From the NCBI GenBank assembly GCA_040954595.2, contig CM082595.2, positions 4,986,137 to 5,050,136 of the forward strand: a stretch of 64,000 bases of DNA. Direction: 5' to 3'. Made by a program: the position numbers and the translations under genes. Source of the DNA: Balanoglossus misakiensis. Taxonomy: Eukaryota; Animalia; Hemichordata. Below are positions 36,651 through 49,032 of this stretch, piece after piece (within the stretch, counting starts at the first letter, position 1; each line of letters opens with the position of its first letter). Under the pieces are notes generated by a model, which saw only the letters and a list, made by a program, of their open reading frames with translations, searched no databases and was not told the origin of the DNA.

Positions 36651-37962
36651 CAAGAGACAATATTACATATTGTGCAAGAAGGGTAGCTTTGTATTTTGTT
36701 CTGTGTATACAGCCCCAATCATGTTCCTCTAAGTAACAGAAGTCGCACAAATACTAATTGTTTGGTCTAAGAGGGACACTACTTCAATTTTACTTTTTGT
36801 ATTCTTTATAGGCATGACTGAAATATTTTGAAAATTTAAGGGTAAATGTGTTTTGTATTGGCTGAGATCAGAGCATTGATGTGTTTGATACGCTGTAAAT
36901 GATTTTTACCGGTGCAGTATCAGAATAAACAAACCTTGTTTCAATTTTAGATCTTCTCTGTGTACTTAATTTTTATAACAAAAAATAACATCTCTCCATA
37001 CTTGGAGCTTGCAAGACAAACTAAAGTCCAATACGAGGAGTCGCTGAGGGCGCCCACACGAAAGAGATGAATGCACGGAATTCCAGATAATAGCTTTAAT
37101 AAATAAGTAACCACAGAAGATAAGCATAGCTCACTAAATATCATCCACGGTCATTCCACCGTGATGTCATCGAATGAAGAGGCTACTTGTATCCGGCTAA
37201 AGACTTCCCGCTTTTTGAGTATGAGGGCCGCGGAAACACCAGGTACAGCCCTATCGCTGTATTGACTTGACCGTACAACTTCACCTGAACTTGACGTATA
37301 CACTTATATAATAGCGAGAACTTCGGTAAGTGATAAATGTTATGAAGACGTACATACTGGGGTCAAAGGTCAATATTATCAGTGTTCACTCAAATGCCTG
37401 TAAAGTGACCCTGTACATTTTTCATTAATTTGGCCATTCTTTTTCATATAAAAAGTTATCCTTGAAATTGTATCATTCTCATGACAGACTAAAACCACGA
37501 AAGCCCCGAGCACGCAAATCCACAGCTGAAGGTGTTTATGTTACATTGACCATCTAGACGAGCGTAAGCGTCTAATAATAGATCACTGTTCAATGATTAT
37601 AGCACTGCACATATCACTGTCCAGCTAGACAAACGTCATACAAAAATCACAGACGTCAACTTCGTTCATTTAAGTCGTAAGGGTGGGTGATCTCTGACCA
37701 TAATACTTATATGATGTCTGAGTCACAGACACACTGCGAATACACTTATCCGTGGATTATCAACATCACGCCGTCAAACCAATGATTATGAGATTGTCGG
37801 AGCCATTAGTTAACTTTTGTGTCGATAAATGTTACAACGGGATTTGTGATGACTCGGGGTAATATCAGGAAGTTTCATATATTCCCATAACTGTAGACGG
37901 ACTTGTTGAAACTTTACCACTGCATATTTTTTTCAGGCATATCGGCTTAAAAAGTGGACAAA

Positions 37963-40818
37963 ATGAATTCTTCAACACTCGGCGAAGATTTGGACAAGGA
38001 TGCCACGGATTTCTTTGTCGCTGATGAAGAAACGGAGAATCTCATTGGTGAGAATCTCATTGGGAAAGAGAAAGGTCGTGTGAGACAGCCACTTGTAAAT
38101 CTTGACACATGCGTTGATGAAACCCCAGAGGATGAATTGCAGCAGGAAAGGGCCGAGAGGAAAATATGGCAGAATTTGCTACTTCTGGGCGCGACTTTTC
38201 TGCTCATTTTCACCGCCTACGGTTGTCTGCAAACCTTGCAGGTTACTAACTGCGTGAGAGGGCTGGGCTTGGCTTCGCTAACCGCCATGCACTTGTCCGT
38301 ATTGGTGTCCGCTGTCTTCTTGCCGAACGTGCTCATACGACTTTTGGGAGTAAAATGGACCATTGCCGCCTGCATGTCATGCTTTGTACTTTATTTGGTG
38401 GTAAACATTCATCCGCAGTGGTTTACGCTGATTCCCGGGTCGGTGTTCAGCGGTCTTGCGAGCGCGCCTCTCTGGACGGCCGAGAGTACGTACATAGGAG
38501 CTAACGCCTACGCCTTCGCTGAAATCAGCAAGGAGACGCCGGACGGGGTTCTGGGTAAATTCTTCGGTTCTTTTTCGGCCGTCTACAACTTTGGTGGGAT
38601 TTTCGGCAACGTGGTCGCCGCGACTGTTTATTACCGGGCATCGCAGGCGCACACTGGTGGTCAGAGCCCCCTGGTCGCACATCAAGAAGGTGCGCCGGCC
38701 ACCTGTGGAGCCAGCGATTGCGGCGGAGAAACCCCGGAGAATATAACCTCAGAATACCGCTGTCACCCCCTGACCTTAAGCATCACAGCCACTCTCATGG
38801 CAAGCGCGCTCATCCTCAGCGTGGCCGCGGTTTTGCTGGTGGGGTTCCTTGTGGACAAAGTACCCACGCAACCAGTCGACGAAGCCAAGCACGCGTCGGC
38901 TTTGGGCGCTTCCATGGCAACAGTTCGACTGTGGAAAGATTACCGGTTATGGATGCTGGTGCCAATCATTATGTCAGGGGGAATCCGTATAGGTATCTTC
39001 ACCGTGGACTTCAATCAAGTAAGTTGCCCGACAGTACAGATTCTTCAACTATCTGTCTGTCATTCTGTCTAGCCATCTTTGGATACATACAGCCAATATA
39101 TTTTAGGTCTGTGTCTGTCTATCTATCTATCTTTCTGTCTATCTTCCCGCCTGTCTGTCTGTCTGTCTATCTAACTAACTACGCGTAACCCTAGACTGTC
39201 TATGGTGTAACCAACTACATAATTTATACATGTATCTGCTTGACTAACTGTATGTCTGTCTATCTGTGTGTCTTTCTGGTGATAGCGCCATCAGTTACCA
39301 GCTTCACCTAACTTCCCTCTCTTGTTTTCAGTCTTACGTGTCCTGTGGCATTGGGGTGCAATACATCGGCTACATAGCCATGGCCAATGCAATTGGACTG
39401 GTGGTGGCGTCCTTCCTGAGCGGCATACTGGCGGAACGCATCGGAAGGGTGTCCCAGCTGGTATTCGGCATGACGTGCGACTTTGCTTTTGTTATCGTTA
39501 TGCTGTTATGGCAACCGGATGATCAAAAATCGGTGTACTTCTTCATCGCTACCTTTTGGGGAGTTATTGATGCCCTCATTTACGTGCATATTCGATGTAA
39601 GGAACACTGTCCACTATTGTAGATGTGTATGTATGTATGTATGTATGTATGTATGTATGTATGTATGTATGTATGTATGTATGTATGTATGTATGTATGT
39701 ATGTATGTATGTATGTATGTATGTATGTATGTATATATGTATATATGTATGTATGTATGTATTGTAACGGAAATTATGTCGGTCTGAGGTCCCAAAATTG
39801 TCAAGCCTTACTGAATGACGAACCTTGGACCAATACGCCAACTCAACGGTAGCGTAAACGTAGCACGATCGAGCCTTGACGGTCTTGGTTCGATTTACCT
39901 CGCACACGGCAGAACGTGCGCTAAGAGACGTGCTGAAAAGACCGACCGACCGACCTGAGCGTTGCGCTCACACAAATACCAAGAAAAACCTCGGAATTAC
40001 GATACGTAGACAACTAAATCTCTCAGAGGTTACAGACAAAGTGTTCCCACAAACGTGGAGAAAGGTTTGAACGAAAAAATAAGAAAGATAGAGGTAAAAT
40101 ACGAATTCAGATCACTACAACCGAGAGCACGATGCTCACAGTTCAACCGCCATGTCTCGTCTGCTTTTTTGATGTCGAGGGGAGTCACTATACAATGTAC
40201 ATGCAACAAGCCCACGTGATACAAGCTCCGCCCCCAATCGTGGACAATTGACAGTTTCTCCTGCTATAGGGTTTCTCAGTCTGAGAATCAGGAAAAAGTC
40301 GCATTTCTTGAGATACGAGTCTTGTGTGCGGCGTTGACCTAGCAATTCCGTGACAGTAATGCAGTATGTATGTATGTATGTATGTATGTATGTATGTATG
40401 TATGTATGTATGTATGTATGTATGTATGTATGTATGTATGTACGTAAGTTTTTCTATTTAAATTATTATGTCATCTGCATATCGAACTACATTGAAACTG
40501 AACGCAGATGAGAAATTTAATAGCGTCAAATTGGCTAGAATTGTTGCTACTAATTTTTAACGCTCTCACATTTTCGTTTCAGCATTTATCGGAGTGCTTT
40601 TCCCGGGCAGATTACCGGCGGCTTTTTCAAATTTCTACCTGTGGACGTCAGTAGGCGCTGTCACATCCTTTGCCATGAGCCTGGCTCTGTGCGTGTCCAC
40701 CAAACTCTTCATTCTACTCCCTGTCCAGTTGGTGGCGCTCGCGCTATACGTCACCATGGAATATATTCATTATAAACAGAAGAAAAGGCGCATAAAGAAT
40801 AGTGGGAGCATAGGTTGA
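37963..40818 (+). CDS. UNC-93-like MFS transporter (UNC93A-like), ~518 aa
   Basis: Exons 37963-39018, 39332-39596, 40583-40818 (1557 nt). Family motifs FLLIFTAYGCLQTLQ, LGVKWTI, GLASAPLWTAESTY, CGASDC, SYVSCGIGVQYIGY and AAFSNFYLWTSVG; multiple TM helices. Confidence 0.9.
39623..40442. repeat. (GTAT)n tract split in two (39623-39762, 40364-40442) by an insertion
   Basis: Directly visible. Confidence 0.95.
39763..40355. mobile_element. Probable solo LTR (593 bp)
   Basis: Starts TGTAACGGAA and ends TTCCGTGACA (TG...CA; 9/10 inverted match), interrupts the microsatellite, and has flanks gtat/gtaa; no coding capacity. Confidence 0.65.
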
Positions 40819-41107
40819 ATACAAGGTCGACACTAGCTGAACTTGTTATGTACTACAATTTATTATGATATACCTCATGCTAATACTGTGCCGTGATTCG
40901 CCAGAATCCGTCACGTGATAGGAAAATAGAATCGACTATGAACCGCTAGGGAAATAGCAGAAAAAATATAAACCGGTCACGTGACCAACGTAGTAACGTC
41001 ATCAGCGTCGCGTCGTCTGACACAATGGCCACGCCAAAGATGTCGTCTGCCAGCCTCAAGAGAAAATGGCAAGATTTTCCCAGCTGTTAGCATGAGGTTT
41101 ATTATTA

Positions 41108-41313
41108 AACACCTATAGCCTGGCCTATATTCGGGCCATAGCAGCCGTTTTTACCCCCTCGTGACTGTGAGTTACCAGAATCATATGCTATTTAATCATA
41201 TGCTATTTCCCTCGGCCTACGGCCTCGGGAAATAGCATATGATTCTGGTAACTCACAGCCCCTCCTGGGTAATAAACGGCCGCTATGGCCCTCATGGCCA
41301 GGCAATAGGTGTT
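41108..41313. mobile_element. Palindromic non-autonomous element with central ccctcggcctacggcctcggg
   Basis: Arms aacacctat.gcctggcc...ctgtgagttaccagaatcatatgctatttccc / gggaaatagcatatgattctggtaactcacag...ggccaggc.ataggtgtt. Confidence 0.75.
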
Positions 41314-41743
41314 CACTATACCACACCCAATCAACTCTGTTTGATTACACCATCTCTGTAGAGGTCTTCTCAAATAAAGGCTGATTACACGACAGAGAGA
41401 AACTTAATATCTCCGTCTGCTCATTCGTGCGGATACCTTTACAAGCTTTATTTGATATTTATATAAAAATACACAGTGGGAATTGAATTATGAGGGTAAA
41501 CCACATGCATCCACTGTCCATGGGTAAACTGATATGGCTGAACTCGATTTCAACTCTGTCGTCAACGCGTGGAGATCAACAAGTCACACAAATTATTTTC
41601 TAAAATATCTTGAATTCTTCAAAATTGGGTATTTCCCTTTGGTTAAATTGATCCATTTTTGTAATAAAAGCAAACACTGTAAGATTACGTGTAGTGTTAA
41701 TTTTGAAACGGTCGCAAACTTGAAGCGAGGCTATAAATTCTCG

Positions 41744-43992
41744 TCAGTCACAAGGTCTTGTGCTGTAACCGGATATAGTCACTTTCCCCAGAGCTTTGAC
41801 GTCATCCTCACTTCCGGTGTTAAGTTTCAACAATAGGTGGCGCTCTGCTTTAATGGGGTGGTATGTGTCGTCATTTGTGGTGTACGACGTGTTTGCGCAG
41901 TTCTTGTAATACTCGCAGACACCTGGGACCTGCTCTTCAGGTTGTACGCATCCATACACATCAAGCTCATCACACAGAGGCAGCATGAGTTGTACTCCTA
42001 TCGTTAAGATAAAAAAAAACATAAAATTTCAAAGATTTTCGATTTCATCGAATATGAACAACCTGAAACAACTAAAAAATAGGTCTACAATGATGTAACA
42101 GAAACATACGTTCACGTGAGTCCACTACATGACGTTTTTCCTATACACTAAAAGATACGGTGTCGTTTCTCAAAAATGTACGAGGGTCGTCTGAACTGCT
42201 CATGCGCGACTTGTGTGTTTATAAACACACTATCACTATTGTTTCCATTCTTCAGTGAGACCCATGCAACCAATCCGTGATAAAAAGTAACGATGCTTTG
42301 TTTACCATGATAAACAGTGTAATACACAGTAACAACCATTTTTGTTCAATGATGTACATTGTAACAGTTACTCTGTACGCAGACTTGCTGGCAACTATGT
42401 TGTATGGGGACCCGTACGCACAGCCGCAGATGGGACGACACCCACCCTTTAAAGACTCTCTCATTATCTGAAGCACCATGTTACCATCGTTTTTCCCGAA
42501 GAAGAATGTGGATTAACCGGAACTCACCGATGAATCCCGAAGATGGTACGTGAGGTGATATGTCCCCGTCATAGAATTCCTGGATGACATCCCATGCGCG
42601 CCACTGGGACACTGGATTAATAATGTACATGGGTTTCTCCGGGTAGGTCACTACCCAGTTTATGTAGCCCTTCAGAAATGTGGAACACGTTCTGATCCAC
42701 TGCCGATAGAAATGAAATAATTCGCGGAAACCGCGTTAAAAAATCTGGAAATTTATAACCACACAACACTAGGTACCAAGCATGTGAAGTTTCATTTTTT
42801 AAATCATCGGTATAACTTCCTTGAAACGACAAAGAATAGAAACTTTCGGTGATTCTGTTTAGGAAGGATCATGCTGTTTCATGTTCAATCATGAGCATTT
42901 CAGCTTTCTGTGAACGATCAATGATTCTGGAGGTTACTGTACCTCAAACAAATTGCCGTTGTATGTGCTCTTGGTACCCTTCCACGCCACAAAAACTGTC
43001 TCTCCGGATATTTCGTCAGAATTGGCAAATTCTTCTGACAAGGTACCATTCTCCAGATACCGGGCATTCAGAAGTCTGATTGTCGTCTTTGACCCCACGT
43101 CCTTCTCGAAATTTTTCGTTGGCGCAAAATTGAATCTTATGACAGCGTCGTGCGCATCTACACAGACAAGCGACAAGAAAATGCCAGTGTAAAAGTTTTG
43201 TAACTCTCTTGAGGCTTTGCTAGCTTCCTATTTCGACTAGAGGAAAACATATGGTGTGTACCACATGAGGACAGAAGACACTATTTTCGAGGCACATGAA
43301 ACATCAACAAGGCGGCGTCATGCACGAACTAGCCTAGTCTAGGACTAGTCTATGCACGAAACGATTCTTTTATTCCACACTGACCTGACCTGATTACAAA
43401 AGCCTTCGTTATAATGTTTCAAAGGATTATATGTACACTAACCGATTTCCGACCCAAGACTAGAATTCCCCATGGCAGGAGAGCTGCCGACAACTGCACA
43501 AGTACTGTATTTTCGAGTCCTTCCTAACAGCGGCTCTCGCTGGAAATATTTCCCGAGCCCTATTTCCCGAAAGGGACTGGTGTCACCGTCCAAAATTTTG
43601 GCGTTCGCCTTCGTTTGCATTGTGCACAACACACTCCTGGCGCTTGCATTGACGTTTCGTGTCTGTCTGTCCGCACTGTCCAATTTTGTACCAACTACAA
43701 AAGATTTGTTGAACAGGCTACCGTACATTTTCAGATATGAAGCGAAAATCGGGTTGCTTTTGTAGATGTTGTCAATTCTGTCAACCATTGGAAGGTTGCC
43801 CGGACGGATCGACTCGCTTTCTGGTCGTCTGGTGATCCTCCTGTCTACCGTCGTTTGACGGTGAGCAACGCGCACGGGCTGCAATGCACACTGCAAAGAA
43901 GTTCTGTACAACACGACATAGACGAGAATGATCACAGCACCGAACATACAAGACAGAAAGAAATATCGCCGGAAGTGCTCCTGGATAGTCAT
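41744..43992 (-). CDS. ST6Gal-like sialyltransferase (GT29), paralog 4, 396 aa
   Basis: Exons 43992-43443, 43157-42943, 42699-42528, 41997-41744 (1191 nt). TM FFLSCMFGAVIILVYVVLY; motifs L CAVVGSSPAM...DAHDAVIRFNFAPTKNFEKDVGSKTT, S PSSGFIGVQLMLPLCDELDVYG, III CEYY, VS HPIKAE. Confidence 0.92.
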
Positions 43993-45125
43993 TTCGTGCA
44001 CGACATGAGCGACTCATCCGACAAGAGTTGTATTTATCAACTATACCCACTCATACCTGCAACAATTGGATTGCAACAAATCCGTGGTACTGGAAAGTTC
44101 AAACGACGGTCTCACTCGCCTGGGTAGCTATCCCACAAAGAGAAGGTCGTGAATCACAACCCCACAGCTAATTATAAATAATCACCAACCAGAACGTGAC
44201 ATACAAGAAAATGGCAGCTCCTTTCAGTACACGTCTTGCCTGGACAGAAACCTGGACATAGTCTGCGCGTTCATGGTGATACCGGTACTTTGACAGGTTT
44301 CTATAGGATATTAGTATCACACGTTTTGTGTATCGTTGGTAAACTGACACCGCCAAAGATAAAACATGCAGACGAATGTGTTTTGCATTTCGGAAAAAAA
44401 AGCGTGTACGTTATGACCATATTACAACAGGTGGCCACTTGAGAACCTGCGCGGTGCTACTTGGTGACTTGGTCTTGTGTAAGCTTTATGTTTGGTTTGA
44501 TTAACCACATACTATGGTCACTACTCAAATCTAAAATATCAGAATAGGCGCATGCCAAAAGTTACAGGCTTTATTCTGAGGGCAAATCTTCTGAAACTTT
44601 GATTATAAAACTTCGCCACCCGTTGTGTATAAAACCGTAAAAACCAGAACTCGACTTAACTATGATATATAGGTATTAAGACCTGTCGCTCAAGAGAGCC
44701 TAGAAAAGCGGTCAGCACTAAGAATAACTGACCCACACGGCCATCAATTATCACCACAAGAGCTATACCGTTTGACACATAAATTTCTCACAAATGCCGC
44801 CATTGTTTACTTACGAAAGTTAGTTTGTTGATATATCATTACTCCCAAAATGAGTCAGTTTATCCGGGTTTATGTTTAACTGATAAAAATAGCGGAAACC
44901 CAATATTTTAACATTGGTCGCTTGTTATCTGGGTAGTCACGCCAGGGCTAATCACGTGACTAATCACAGAAAATAACTAAGTGACTATTGATAGGGCGCG
45001 TTTGTGCGCCTGCGTTGAATTTATACTGCCCAGTGCAGTGTACCAATATCTGGCGATTTATGCTAAATCGTCCATTTTCTCATATTTTGTCCTCGGCGGT
45101 TCTGTAGCCATTTATCTTGGAAGTG

Positions 45126-47147
45126 TTAATCTTCAGCTCGGCTCAAGTTCACTGCCTTGCGGTTGACCGCGACCACGTTGAATGGTTTCGGAGTGTAGGT
45201 TATTCCGTGAATACCATTCCGTGACGGCGCCAGCTCGCCCTCTGGCGTCCGAAATTCGAATTCTTTCAGAAGGCCCGTGAGGATCAGAAAGAGGCCAACC
45301 CGGGCAATCTGCGCTCCGATACAGAGTCTAGCACCTACAATAGAAAAAAAGGAGAAATGTTGAGTTATCGTCGCCATTTTGATTATTACTGTATCACGTT
45401 CAACTTGTAGACCTAGAAATATATAATCACGTTCAATTCGTACCAATATACAATGGTGAGGTGTTTTCTAGCGACCGACAACTCTGCAAGTTATAACATC
45501 ATTATCTTTTCAGCTGCGTAAAACGCACGAAGCTGTGAAAGGGCTTTAAAACTTAACATATTGCTTCTAAATAATGAGACGACATAGACCAATGATCTAA
45601 AGCATATGAGTATGAGCATTATATTAGTATGTTGTCAAATGTTATGTAACTAGGATTTTTCTTACGAAAACTCCCTACAATTCATGGCCCGGCCATTTGG
45701 ACGTACCTAAACCAAAGACAATTAGGCGATCCCTGTTGATCACCTGCTTGCCGCTGTCATCCAAGAATCGAGTTGGATCGAACATCTTGGGATTCTCCCA
45801 GATTTGCGGGTCCATATGCGCCGACCAAAAATTCGGGAAAACCATAGTGTCCTTAGGAATGCGGTATCCATGCAAGCTGACGTCATCCATGGTGCGGTGG
45901 GGGATTCCTATCTGGAATAAAGTTGACAGGCGCTGGGTTTCCAAGATGCAGGCTTCGGTGTAGGGCATCTCGCTCCTCCTCTCGTAGTTAATCGTCCTTT
46001 TGCTCTTCAGACAACGGTCGATTTCTTCGTGGATTTTCTCTTGCGAACCGGGGTGGCAGACTAAGTTCAGAATACACCACTTTAACGTGGTGGCGGTTGT
46101 GTCCGAGCCGCCGAGAATCAGCTCGATTAGGACATACGGCAACTGCGTCTCATCAATCGCCCTTTCCCGCGCTTTCGCCAAGTAATGGTCGATGAAGCAG
46201 CTCGGTGATTGGCTGTCGAGGTGTCGTCTGCGCTCGGCGATCTTGCCGCTCATGTAGCGCTGCAGAGTCTGCATTGACTGCCTTAGGGATGACACCATGG
46301 GCAGCGGTATGGGCAGATCTAGTAGAAAGGGGAAAAAGCTCACGACCCCGGCCAGGGGACCACTTCGGGTCAACGTCAGCGTGGCGGCCAGCAAGTCCTC
46401 GAACTCCGGGTCCTCGTACCTCATTCGCTTCCCGAACATGATGGCGACCAGCACGTTGGACGTGGCGTAGTGAAAGTATTCGGTCAAATCAAACGGTTTT
46501 CCGTCCACCTTGGCGACGGCGCTTACCAACGCTTGGCACTCTGCGGATATTCTCGCCTCCATGTCACACTTGCCCATACCGAACTGTCGCAAAATCGTCA
46601 GCGTTGTCGTCCTTTGCTCTTTCCACACGTGCCAATCGCTGGTGCTCAAACCTGAAATAATTAACCAAATTTTGTTCACTTTTGGCCCGAATACGTCAAT
46701 CTTCACATTTTGAACTTTAAAATACATGCAATTGTCGTTTGTATTTTACTGACCATTGTTCGTTATTTAATTACATGCATGTATGCGGCTATAGCTAGCA
46801 ACTATGGTTGAGTGTGTCCTACCTTTATTATCATTGATGGCCACCCATATCCATTTCAGAGGTCGGCCGGAGAACTGGTACCAGTGCTGGACCAGCGCCT
46901 CTTTGATGGTCTGGTGACCGTTGAGCACAACCACCAACTGGGATCCCATGCGGGCGGACAGCACGTTGCTGCCGTAGTTGAGCGACCATCTCATGAACGC
47001 CTCGCACGGCGCTGGCACTAACCTCGGCAGGCACCCCAGAACGGGCACCCCGCTGGGGCCCGGCGGGAGACGCGCATCGGAGGGGTGGTGAAAAAAGCAA
47101 AAGTACGCGGCCAGAATGACGATCGCGATCAACACTGCCGTCAGCAT
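45126..47147 (-). CDS. Cytochrome P450, CYP2 clan, 492 aa, three coding exons
   Basis: Exons 47147-46823, 46651-45707, 45334-45126 (1479 nt). TM anchor, PPGP hinge, WKEQR, I-helix GGSDTTATT, ETQR, PTRF, and heme motif FGLGARLCIG split by the last intron. Confidence 0.93.
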
Positions 47148-49032
47148 GATTGGCTCGGAAAGGCGGATAGCTCGTTCGATCCGCTTACAATACAAGAACT
47201 ACTGTATTTTTATGCTGTCTGTATTTACATTTAACTGACATGCGCATTAAACAATCGATATTTGCAACTGTTGCGCAATTTCTCGTAACTTGCCTAAAGA
47301 ATAGCATTTTCTCGTTGAACCTATAGACAGTATAAAAACCACGCAAGGAGAATGCGATTTAGTATGTGCATAGATAGTACTGCCATATATACTTTCTATG
47401 GTATTTGATGTACATTTGGACACAGTTTCGCGTTACTATGTGCAATAGTATGCATGGCAACCGGTGCGTGTGAACAACTTGGAAAGTCAGGTGAACGACC
47501 TTTAATTTGACTAGCCATGGCCCTGCCGATCTTTGTTCGGCGGTGAAGGGCGACGGGACTATTCTAACCACTTGAAAATAAAATAAATGTGCAAGATATC
47601 AGAGCGCACTATTGGGCGGCGTGATATAGCCTAAAAGGGCACATGGTATACACAACTGACCGTTTGACATCTGTTTACCAAATAGGCCTAGGCAGTTTCA
47701 TCATAAACAGACAAAAAAGATCAATTGTTTACGGAAATATCCACATCAACAAATATGGGTCTTTAAATTCAAAGCAAGGTGTGTAACAATCACGTTTAAA
47801 AAAACGTTGCGTTGCAGGCTTGCAAGTCGGTTCCTCCCTATCATTCCGACCTGTCATTGACCGCTCGTGACCTGGCGTGATCTGTCGCAAGACCTGGTTC
47901 TGATTGCAGGTGAATTTGAAGGCCGCGTGTAACGCTACAGAACTCGACCTACTACGCACGAAATGTGACGTCACAGTAACTCTCACCGGTAGTGCGGTGT
48001 ATTCTGCGGCAGTACTTTCACGAGCGCAGCCCCCATCACCTCAAGCACAGTCCTTCAACTACGTGAACTTCAAGGGGTCGTGACTATAATGCCAAATAAA
48101 AGGCAACACGAAAGCATATCGACTTTTCAACCAGACATTGCAAATACCGTTATCTTCACTGCACGCGAGCGGAGACAGAGGTTATCAGACTATAGTGACA
48201 GAGTTCAACGGTCTCGGAAGTTCGATGTTAAAAAAAATCACTCTCCAAACACGTGAACAACAGGGGCATATGCATGGTGTAACATTTGAGAACTGTCCCC
48301 CCGGGGCGTTGTCCCCACCCCAAAACATTAAATCAAGAGATTCTCTTTCGTTGTGTAAACATTCTGTTCTCGTATGTCTGTTCGAATGGTTGAAAGTCCA
48401 CAGCACGTGGGCGAAGTGTTTGTTTGATTATAGTGCATGGGTTCATGCGTCGGTCAGGCCATGCAGCGTTAATTTCCAGGTAGTCAAAACAATTGTTATC
48501 GTGGTCGTAGATCGCCCAGTTGTTAAAAGAGCAATTATGAGAACCAAACTACAATTCTGCATACCAGTCTGGTTTCCTGCCCCAAAAGTCTACCACTGGC
48601 AGCACTGTGCCACGCCTGAAACGAGCTTTTCTGATAACAGGGGATAAAAACAAAAGAATCCACAGTATTACCGTTGGGGCGTAGGCCGCATCGATGAGCC
48701 TGGTATACTTTTTGCTTTATAAAAAAGATTTGACTCGAACCATTTTTGGGGGGTAATAATTTTAATATATTCGATAATATTTTTTTCTGCAAGAGTTATG
48801 ACTGAGTCACTTGTAAAGCAATTCTTGTTTCGTCTTTGTTGATCTTTTCAAATTCCTTTATGACTTGATTCTACACCATTTTGATCCACTTGAATTACTG
48901 AAAAACATCTTCCAACATTTCCATGGACCTAAATCATTCGCAATATGCAAAGCAACGTGTTTTACAAAGATAAACTGATCAAGAAAATCCCGAAAATTGG
49001 CTAATTTTCTTCCAGATAGATAACAACACAGT

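Noticed and set aside
48138-48647. 169-aa plus-strand ORF
   Set aside because: Non-ATG start, no motif, no clear splice context; lies between the CYP promoter and the LSG1 3' end.
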